A stretch of DNA of 57,038 nucleotides from an uncultured Candidatus Saccharibacteria bacterium. Lineage in GTDB: Bacteria; Patescibacteriota; Minisyncoccia; 2-02-FULL-40-12; GWA2-44-9. The position numbers were made by a program, and so were the translations under genes. The notes beneath the pieces are model-generated. The model searched no databases. It had not been told where the DNA came from and worked only from the letters and a program-made list of their open reading frames with translations. Positions within the stretch are counted from its first letter, which is position 1. Every line of letters begins with the position of its first letter. The DNA lies in contig CAZAUE010000003.1 of NCBI GenBank assembly GCA_964488565.1, positions 1 to 57,038 on the forward strand. Reading direction: 5' to 3'. Positions 50,017 to 57,038 of this stretch are shown piece by piece.

Positions 50017-50742
50017 CTAAAAGACATAGCCGTAGAGTGGCAAGGTTCTCAATATGGTGGCGAGAATAATATAAAACACTAAGTGAATTACGTAGGCATA
50101 TATAAACCCTCCTCGAATGCGTAGTATTAAGTAGGGGAATATGAGAGCTGATAATACGGACCCAGCAATCATCATTAGTGCATATGTGGTAGGGGCTCCA
50201 TTAATAGAAAAAAGAAGTACGTGCGCTAATCCGAAGCATATCGCATAACTAATGACGGTTTCTTTTAGTGAGTTAAATCTGGAATAAAATTCTAAAACCA
50301 AAACAGCTATTAAAATTTGTTGTACAAGAATTTCTATGGACTTAGGAAGAAAATACCAAGGAGTAGAAAAAAGGATGTCGGTATTAAATGATAAAATTGG
50401 CACTTCTAATGCCGGTAAGAATGAAAAGAAATACAACATTCCCCATATTAATCCCGCAGAACCAAGACTTAGTGTTCCATATAACCAGATGTTTTGTTTT
50501 TTTGTTACATTTTTTTTAAACAAGTCCCAAAAAAACAGTGTGCTCACTATTGCCCACAAAAGAAAATAGACAGCAATGACTATTGGCGCAGAATTATAGC
50601 TAAGCCGGAGGCCGAATAGGGGAAGGATGGTGTAGTACCCAACATTGGCAACCGTCCACAACGCGGCGACTTCGCCTAGTGTTTTGTATAGTGGAGCATG
50701 TGACTTGTTCTCAATATGAGTATTTAGTTTTGATTGTTCCAT
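50017..50742 (-). CDS. Multi-pass membrane protein (possibly CPBP-like)
   Basis: About 7 hydrophobic segments; KSIEILVQQ, FGLAH, IHLVFY. Confidence 0.6.
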   Translation of the reverse strand: MEQSKLNTHIENKSHAPLYKTLGEVAALWTVANVGYYTILPLFGLRLSYNSAPIVIAVYFLLWAIVSTLFFWDLFKKNVTKKQNIWLYGTLSLGSAGLIWGMLYFFSFLPALEVPILSFNTDILFSTPWYFLPKSIEILVQQILIAVLVLEFYSRFNSLKETVISYAICFGLAHVLLFSINGAPTTYALMMIAGSVLSALIFPYLILRIRGGFIYAYVIHLVFYIILATILRTLPLYGYVF

Positions 50743-50854
50743 AAAAGTATTGATGTCTATAAATATTACCTTTTTAAGAAAATAATTTAAATAGACAAAA
50801 AGGGTTGCAGTGTGGTATTTTGTTTTTAGGTTTTTGTCTTGTGAAAAAGAGTAA

Positions 50855-51058
50855 ATGCCAAAGCAGGAACATGACGTTCGTTTTGACTATGCCGGATTCA
50901 ACGGCAATAGAGCAAGGTACACTTGTCATAGTGAGGGATGCAATGAAGCGACAATCGTTCGACAACCACACATGGACTATGAGGGGCGTGATAGGTGGGC
51001 CAAGTTAAGAAAAGATTTTTTTGAAAAACATCCTTGTTCAGTAATCAAGGTGGTATAG
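50855..51058 (+). CDS. Small hypothetical protein with Cys/His motif
   Basis: YTCHSEGC...HPC; tagaca-N17-tatttt promoter-like sequence and gag SD-like site upstream. Confidence 0.45.
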   Translation: MPKQEHDVRFDYAGFNGNRARYTCHSEGCNEATIVRQPHMDYEGRDRWAKLRKDFFEKHPCSVIKVV

Positions 51059-51121
51059 GAGAAAGGACGAACCGACTTTGGGTCGGTTTTTATCCCCGCG
51101 CTCATACATGAGTGTGGGGAT

Positions 51122-52387
51122 TTATTTTATTGCATGTTTTCCGGCTACCGCACCAGTGGTCCAGCAAAGTTGGAGACTGTACCCACCTGATGGACGAACA
51201 ATGTTTAGGATATCGCCAGTAAGATATAGGTTGGTGATTTTTCTTGAGCGCATGGTTTTAAAGTCTACTTCTTCAAGGGCGATACCACCGCTTGTTACAA
51301 TAGCTTTTTCTACACCAAGAACACCGGAAACGTGAAGAGGAAGAGCTTTAAGAAATTGAACAAGGCGAAGTCGTGCTTCACGACTGATGGTGTGACAAGG
51401 AGTTTTCTCGTCTATACCAGCAAGTCCACCAAGAACCAGTATTATGGATGCGGGCAAAAAATGTGTGACGACGTTTTTAAATATTTTATTTCTATTGAGC
51501 TTAAATATGTTTTGAATTGCTGTGTCTGTTCTCTTGTGATCTAGATTAGGAACAAAATCGGCCGTTATGACAACGGTACCATATTCTAAAAGTTCTCGAA
51601 CCTGATTGCTCATGTTCAGGATTGTTGGACCACTGACACCGAAGTGGGTAAATAAAATTTTTCCCTTGTGAACGGCCTGTCTTTTGTCGTTTTGTAATAC
51701 ACTAAAGCGAACCTTGGAGATTGTTACTCCTTGTAGTTTTTTTATCCACGGGTCACTAAGTTTAATTGGAACAAGTGATGGTGCTGTGTCTGTGACTTTG
51801 TGACCCAACGAGCGAAGCCATTCAAATCCGTCTCCAGTGGAACCTGTTTCGGGATGAGATTTTCCGCCTGTGGCAAGAATAAATTTTTTCCCATGAACAA
51901 TGTCTCCATTCGCCAATTTAACACCTGAGATTATTTTTTTATTAGAATTAACAAAACCTATTACCGGCGAGCTGGTTAGAACACTCACTTTTCCATCATT
52001 CATGTATTCACTTAAAACATTCCAGACGGATTGAGCTTTGTTGCTTGTCGGAAAAACTCGCAATTCGTTTTCAATCTTTGTTTCCATGCCATGATCATGA
52101 AAGAATTTTAATGTGTCCTTAACATCCCATTGAGAAAAAGCAGAGAAGAGGAATTTGCCTGATTTACCAAACTTAGCCAAAAGCTTTTTATTATCCGTTT
52201 CGGCGTTAGTTACATTACAACGCCCCCCACCGGTAATTAGAAGCTTTTTGCCAAGGGTGGCGTTTTTCTCTAAAAGAAGAACACGCGCACCCAAAGATGC
52301 AGCTGTTCCAGCCGCCATCATTCCCGAAGGACCCCCTCCAATAACTACAACATCCCAAGGTTTTTTAGAAATTAAGACCGATTTCAT
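51122..52387 (-). CDS. HI0933-family flavoprotein (NAD(P)/FAD oxidoreductase)
   Basis: VIGGGPSG, KLLITGGGRCNVTN, ATGGKSHP.TGSTGDG, TSGGI, GGYSLQLCWTTG; ATG 52387. Confidence 0.92.
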   Translation of the reverse strand: MKSVLISKKPWDVVVIGGGPSGMMAAGTAASLGARVLLLEKNATLGKKLLITGGGRCNVTNAETDNKKLLAKFGKSGKFLFSAFSQWDVKDTLKFFHDHGMETKIENELRVFPTSNKAQSVWNVLSEYMNDGKVSVLTSSPVIGFVNSNKKIISGVKLANGDIVHGKKFILATGGKSHPETGSTGDGFEWLRSLGHKVTDTAPSLVPIKLSDPWIKKLQGVTISKVRFSVLQNDKRQAVHKGKILFTHFGVSGPTILNMSNQVRELLEYGTVVITADFVPNLDHKRTDTAIQNIFKLNRNKIFKNVVTHFLPASIILVLGGLAGIDEKTPCHTISREARLRLVQFLKALPLHVSGVLGVEKAIVTSGGIALEEVDFKTMRSRKITNLYLTGDILNIVRPSGGYSLQLCWTTGAVAGKHAIK

Positions 52388-52469
52388 GGTGGATAACAGT
52401 ATAGCATATTTACTGAATTGGAGAAACATGGTATAGTATTGGGCTATAACCGTATAGACATTACACAAC

Positions 52470-53921
52470 ATGGCACAAGGAGAAACAATAATCAGGTTTG
52501 AGAAAGTTTCATTTGAATTCGGACACAACAAGCCCATTCTAAAGGAGGTGGATTTTTCGGTTAGACGAGGAATGAAGATGACTATTATGGGTCAGAATGG
52601 AGCAGGAAAGAGTACTATTTTTCAACTTATTACTCGTGGACTTAAACCAGAATCTGGGGCGGTTCATTTGGCACCCAACCTTACAATTGCGATTGCTCGT
52701 CAGGTAATTCCCCGAGACCAGCTCGATTTAACTATAAGAGATTTTTTCCAAGCGTGTTTCAGAGATAAGGTGTACGATATTGATCCTAAGATTGATGCTG
52801 TTTTGGAGGTGGTTAATTTAAATGCGCCCCACGATAGAATTGTACGTTCTTTTTCGGGTGGTCAGCAGGCGCGATTGCTTTTGGCATCGGCATTAATACA
52901 AGACTCAGATGTTCTGCTTTTAGATGAGCCAACAAATAACCTTGATAAGGCCGGCATCACTCATCTTCGTCAGTTTTTGATTGATTACAAAAAGACGTGT
53001 TTGGTTATTTCTCATGATGCAGATTTCCTAAACGCTTTTACTCAGGGCGTTTTGTATTTAGATGTGCGAACCTTAAAAGTCGAACAGTATCAAGGAAACT
53101 ATGCAAATGTGGTGCAACAGATAACTGCTCGTATTGAAAAGGAAAATAGTGCTAATGCTCGTTTGGCCAAAGAGGCGATAGATAAAAAAGAAAAAGCTAA
53201 TTTTTTTGCTATGAAAGGTGGACGATTACGCGTACTCGCAAAAAGAATGCGTGAAGATGCTGAAGAGATGGAAGAGTCTAAGGTTGAAGTTCGCAAGGAA
53301 GACAAAACTATTCGTAGCTTTACTATTCCAGCACAGAAAGATTTAATTGGTAACATTGTTGTTTTGTCTTCTGTAGGAATTTTCAAGAAACACAAGCCCG
53401 TTCAGAAAAAAGTAGATATCACACTCAACAAAAATCGCCACCTTTTGCTGTCAGGCCCAAATGGTATTGGCAAGAGCACACTTCTTGAGGCACTTGCTTC
53501 AGGAAAAGCAAAGGGAGCCACCATAACTTCTGGTGTTACTGTGGGTTATTATCGTCAGGATTTTTCAACCTTAAATTTTGAAGACACAGTATACGAATCT
53601 CTTCATGAGGTTACAAGAAACTTGGATGAGGAGGAGATTCGTTCAATTGCGGCCGGATTTTTAATTACGAGTGATGTTATTAAAACAAAAATAGGAAATT
53701 TATCCGAAGGGCAAAAAGGTTTAGTTGCATTTGCCCGATTGGTAATGCAAAAGCCAGGGTTGTTAATTCTTGATGAGCCAACCAATCACATAAATTTCCG
53801 ACACTTGCCAATTATTGCCAAAGCTCTGGATCAATATCAGGGTGCCATGATTCTTGTTAGTCATGTTCCTGAATTTGTGAGTCAAATAAGAATCGATGAA
53901 ACATTGGATCTTGGTGACTAG
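52470..53921 (+). CDS. ABC-F family ATPase
   Basis: Two ABC domains (GQNGAGKST/FSGGQ/DEPTN; GPNGIGKST/LSEGQ/DEPTN), no TM domain. Confidence 0.9.
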   Translation: MAQGETIIRFEKVSFEFGHNKPILKEVDFSVRRGMKMTIMGQNGAGKSTIFQLITRGLKPESGAVHLAPNLTIAIARQVIPRDQLDLTIRDFFQACFRDKVYDIDPKIDAVLEVVNLNAPHDRIVRSFSGGQQARLLLASALIQDSDVLLLDEPTNNLDKAGITHLRQFLIDYKKTCLVISHDADFLNAFTQGVLYLDVRTLKVEQYQGNYANVVQQITARIEKENSANARLAKEAIDKKEKANFFAMKGGRLRVLAKRMREDAEEMEESKVEVRKEDKTIRSFTIPAQKDLIGNIVVLSSVGIFKKHKPVQKKVDITLNKNRHLLLSGPNGIGKSTLLEALASGKAKGATITSGVTVGYYRQDFSTLNFEDTVYESLHEVTRNLDEEEIRSIAAGFLITSDVIKTKIGNLSEGQKGLVAFARLVMQKPGLLILDEPTNHINFRHLPIIAKALDQYQGAMILVSHVPEFVSQIRIDETLDLGD

Positions 53922-53985
53922 GAATGGTTTCCATTATTGCCGTTTTCTGCTATAATCAGTGGGTAATAAATTAATTAATACACAT

Positions 53986-54105
53986 ATGGGAAAAAGACGA
54001 ACTGGAGTGGGAAAGTTTCAAAAAACAAGTTCTCGCAAAACCAAAAAAAGATTAGAAATAAAAAGAGTTAGATTGGCGGCGTTAAAAAAGAAGAGAAATA
54101 GATAA
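53986..54105 (+). CDS. 39-aa highly basic small protein (not in ORF track)
   Basis: MGKRRTGVGKFQKTSSRKTKKRLEIKRVRLAALKKKRNR; tataat upstream, hairpin terminator 54125-54150. Confidence 0.6.
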   Translation: MGKRRTGVGKFQKTSSRKTKKRLEIKRVRLAALKKKRNR

Positions 54106-54182
54106 ATCTCAGAACAGTAATTTACAAAATACCACGAGAGTGGTATTTTGCTTTTGGTTCCTAATTAACCACAGAGGTGTGT

Positions 54183-54308
54183 ATGCGCCAGTTGCTTAGG
54201 GGGTCCAAGGTTTATGTTCGTTACTTGAGTGTCGGAATAATCATAAGCGTCTTAATTTGGGCCGGATTTTTCTTTATGGGTGAACGCCTGCTCTCTATCT
54301 TTTTGTAA
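54183..54308 (+). CDS. 41-aa single-TM small protein (not in ORF track)
   Basis: gaggtg SD; MRQLLRGSKVYVRYLSVGIIISVLIWAGFFFMGERLLSIFL; terminator right after stop. Confidence 0.55.
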   Translation: MRQLLRGSKVYVRYLSVGIIISVLIWAGFFFMGERLLSIFL

Positions 54309-54375
54309 GGCCGACATGTTTGTCGGCTTTTTTTGGGGATTAAAATGGCCTCTATGTGTTATAATTACTTCACGC

Positions 54376-55320
54376 ATGAGGTCTTATTTAATTAAATTGT
54401 TTGGCGGTCTATGTGTCGTCTTTTTGCTTTTGGGTTTTGGTTATTATCATAGAGATAATATTGGCAGTGTTTTTCGTAATCTTCTCAACAGGTTTCGACC
54501 TTGCCAGCGACCAATAACATATTCAATTGAACGCATTGATCCTCAATTTGGAATAACAAAAGAAGAGTTACTGAACAGTATGGGGCGAGCTGAAAAAATA
54601 TGGGAGTCATCGATTAACAAACCGCTATTTGATTATTCACCAACAGGGGATTTAAAAATTAGTCTCATTTATGATTATCGACAGAAAGCTACTGATGAGT
54701 TGCACAAATTGGGAATAGTTATTAGTGATGACAGGGCTTCTTATGATACGGTAAAAGCCAAGTACGATTCGCTTGTTGTCTTGTATGATAAAGAAAAAGC
54801 ACGTTTAGCGACCTTGGTCGATACTTATAATCGTGATAAAGATTCTTTTGAAAAGGATGTTAAGTATTGGAATGGTCGTGGTGGGGCACCAAAGAGTGAA
54901 TATGATGATTTGCAACAAAGAAGGAGTGATTTAAACAATCAAGTTACCATAATCAACCAAGTCCAAGACTCCTTAAACAACTTGGGTGATACTATAAATT
55001 CAACAGCAATAATTCTTAATAAGCTTATTACCGAACTTAATCTTCAGGTTAATGCTTATAATACTGTTGGCGCATCAACCGGTAAGGAATTTAACGAAGG
55101 TGAATACATAAGTAGCGCGAGTGGAATCTCAATCAATATTTACCAGTTTGATAGTGAAAATAAGCTTTTGAGAGTCCTTGCTCATGAGTTGGGTCACGCG
55201 CTTGGGCTTGGGCATTTGGACAACCCTAAAGCTATAATGTATTACCTCAATGAGGGTATGAATGAAAAATTAACATCAGATGATCTTAGGGCTTTGAAAG
55301 GTAAATGTGGAATCGATTAA
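54376..55320 (+). CDS. Matrixin-like (metzincin) metalloprotease with coiled coil
   Basis: HELGHALGLGH, Met-turn AIMY; N-terminal TM; ATG 54376. Confidence 0.88.
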   Translation: MRSYLIKLFGGLCVVFLLLGFGYYHRDNIGSVFRNLLNRFRPCQRPITYSIERIDPQFGITKEELLNSMGRAEKIWESSINKPLFDYSPTGDLKISLIYDYRQKATDELHKLGIVISDDRASYDTVKAKYDSLVVLYDKEKARLATLVDTYNRDKDSFEKDVKYWNGRGGAPKSEYDDLQQRRSDLNNQVTIINQVQDSLNNLGDTINSTAIILNKLITELNLQVNAYNTVGASTGKEFNEGEYISSASGISINIYQFDSENKLLRVLAHELGHALGLGHLDNPKAIMYYLNEGMNEKLTSDDLRALKGKCGID

Positions 55321-55353
55321 ACTAAAAACCCACCAAAGAGGTGGGTTTTTAGT
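55321..55353. terminator. Bidirectional terminator
   Basis: actaaaaacccacc/ggtgggtttttagt between convergent genes. Confidence 0.8.
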
Positions 55354-55369
55354 TTGCCCTGTTTAGGGA

Positions 55370-55627
55370 CTAGGATAAATGTTTAGAAACGAGCTTTGTC
55401 ATTTCAAACATGTTAACAACTTCTTTTCCTCCGAATACCTTTTTCAAGGCTTCATCGGCATTGATGTTTCTCTTGTTGGCTGGATCCTGAAGATTCTTGC
55501 TCTTTATGTAAACCCAAAGTTTTTTGACAACTTCGGATCTTGGCATAGGACCTTTACCGACAACTTCAGCTAAATCTGAGCTGATGTTCATTGGCTTCAT
55601 GAACGCAGAATTTGTTTTTCCGGGCAT
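55370..55627 (-). CDS. Stand-alone SWIB/MDM2 domain protein
   Basis: LAEVVGKGPMPRSEVVKKLWVYIK.KNLQDP.NKRNINAD..LKKVF. Confidence 0.92.
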   Translation of the reverse strand: MPGKTNSAFMKPMNISSDLAEVVGKGPMPRSEVVKKLWVYIKSKNLQDPANKRNINADEALKKVFGGKEVVNMFEMTKLVSKHLS

Positions 55628-55811
55628 ATTGTTGTGAATTTGTTAATTTGTTTATTATAGGTATTCGACCTTATATAGATACAAGCATATATCAATTTAA
55701 GCCAAATAGCAAACTTTATGAGGGAAAAGGTGGTTGGGCAATCTACTTGACTAAGGTCAATAGAATGGTAGTATCTTTGAAACGCATTTAGGTAGTCTGC
55801 TGGAGAAACAT

Positions 55812-56099
55812 GTGGCCAAGCCCATTAACAACGAACTGTTAGTACAACATCCACTTCTTGCCTTTTTGCTCATTGAAATAGCATCAGGAAATACATATTC
55901 AGACTTGGATTTTGAGATTTGTTGGGATAGGGTTTATATATTTTCCACCTTAGACAAGGGTCATCCCAAGGAAGAGAGTTCGCTCGAGGCCATGGAAACG
56001 ATTGCGCCCTTAGTCACAGAATGGGGCTTTGTGTCCGAGCCTCTTTTCAGAAACTCTCAAAACGGAGACAGGGTTGACGGGGTTAGGATTCATTTGTGA
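55812..56099 (+). CDS. Hypothetical protein
   Basis: ggaga SD before GTG; terminator after stop. Confidence 0.6.
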   Translation: MAKPINNELLVQHPLLAFLLIEIASGNTYSDLDFEICWDRVYIFSTLDKGHPKEESSLEAMETIAPLVTEWGFVSEPLFRNSQNGDRVDGVRIHL

Positions 56100-56207
56100 G
56101 TTGTTCGCGTAAACAACCCCGATTGGGTTGTTTTTTATTTTTTTAACCTGTTTACCTTCGGGTGTGTTGATTTTCTTGATTGTGGAATTCGTTTACGGTA
56201 ATATTGA

Positions 56208-56963
56208 ATGATGGAAAACAATATAAATGAAAATTTTGAAGTAGAGTTGGCACAAGTAAAAAATAAATCGGAAATGATTTTTGATAAAACAAAACTTATC
56301 TTGCCAGGAGCAATTTTAATCGCAGCGTTAATGATAAGTGGTTCGGTTGTTTTTTACTCATTAAATACTGGTAAGACTGGAGCAAATATAAAACAAGCTG
56401 CTGGACTAACACCAGGAGAGAAGGTTAAGGTTTCGGTTGACGATGACGCTTTTATTGGCAACGAAAATGCCAAAGTAACAGTAATTGAGTTTAGCGACTT
56501 TCAGTGCCCATTCTGTCGTTCGTTCTGGAGTGGTGCCTACCAGCAAATAAAGAGTGAATATATTGATACTGGTAAAATTAAGTTTGTTTTCAGGGATTAT
56601 CCATTACCATTCCATCAGGCTGCCCAGATTTCAGCTGAAGCTGCTGAGTGTGCAGAGGACCAAGGAAAATTCTGGGAAATGCATGACAAGATATTTAGTG
56701 AGCAGGGCAAACAGGGAACTGGAACTGTGACGTACGGAGCTACTGAATTGAAAAAATGGGCCTCTCAATTAGGATTAAATTCAACTAAATTTAATCAATG
56801 TCTCGATTCTGGAAAATACAAATCAGAGGTAGAAAAAGATTTGGCCGATGGTTCGTCTTATGGAGTTTCTGGAACACCGACATTGTTTGTGAACGGTTAT
56901 CCAATAGTTGGTGCTCAGCCATTTGCAGTATTTAAGGCTTTGATTGATAAAGAATTAAAATAA
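56208..56963 (+). CDS. DsbA/thioredoxin-fold membrane-anchored oxidoreductase
   Basis: EFSDFQCPFC, FVFRDYPL, GVSGTPTLFVNG, GAQPF. Confidence 0.92.
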   Translation: MMENNINENFEVELAQVKNKSEMIFDKTKLILPGAILIAALMISGSVVFYSLNTGKTGANIKQAAGLTPGEKVKVSVDDDAFIGNENAKVTVIEFSDFQCPFCRSFWSGAYQQIKSEYIDTGKIKFVFRDYPLPFHQAAQISAEAAECAEDQGKFWEMHDKIFSEQGKQGTGTVTYGATELKKWASQLGLNSTKFNQCLDSGKYKSEVEKDLADGSSYGVSGTPTLFVNGYPIVGAQPFAVFKALIDKELK

Positions 56964-57038
56964 ATTAATTTAAATTAAAATAACAGAGTTCCCAATATAA
57001 GTCGCCGACGCGTGTCCCCATTGCTCCTCTCGGGAGCA

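Overview
A ~57 kb chromosomal window, most likely from a Patescibacteria (CPR, Parcubacteria-like) genome. This taxonomy is inferred from the compact UvrC and RpoD, the DUF5667, C39 and NTase genes and the sparse metabolism; it was not tested by search. Core genes (secG, uvrC, groES/groEL, dnaG, rpoD, murJ, obgE, csp, tRNA-Ser) are interleaved with three notable modules. (1) An envelope and protein-maturation gene suite typical of diderm bacteria: a six-gene MoxR/vWA cluster in the exact mxaRSACKL order with no methanol dehydrogenase in view, a lipoprotein trypsin-like protease, a SpoIVB/S55 protease, a GWxTD protein, and a 1109-aa zinc-peptidase + PD40 propeller + Omp85 beta-barrel protein. 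(2) Two LPxTG-type DUF3494 ice-binding-like adhesins with their own class F sortase, a monoderm hallmark 3-9 kb from the Omp85 gene. (3) A tRNA-Asn(GTT) split by a 179-nt group I intron. It is flanked on the left by a free-standing HNH gene that ends at an inverted copy of the tRNA 3' end, and on the right by a ~10.5 kb large-serine-recombinase island (attR-like repeat at 48999-49015) carrying a PHP-ATPase (Ppl/TrlF-like) candidate defence gene. Several unexplained structured intergenic elements and unannotated small ORFs were also found. All family assignments come from motif recognition by eye.
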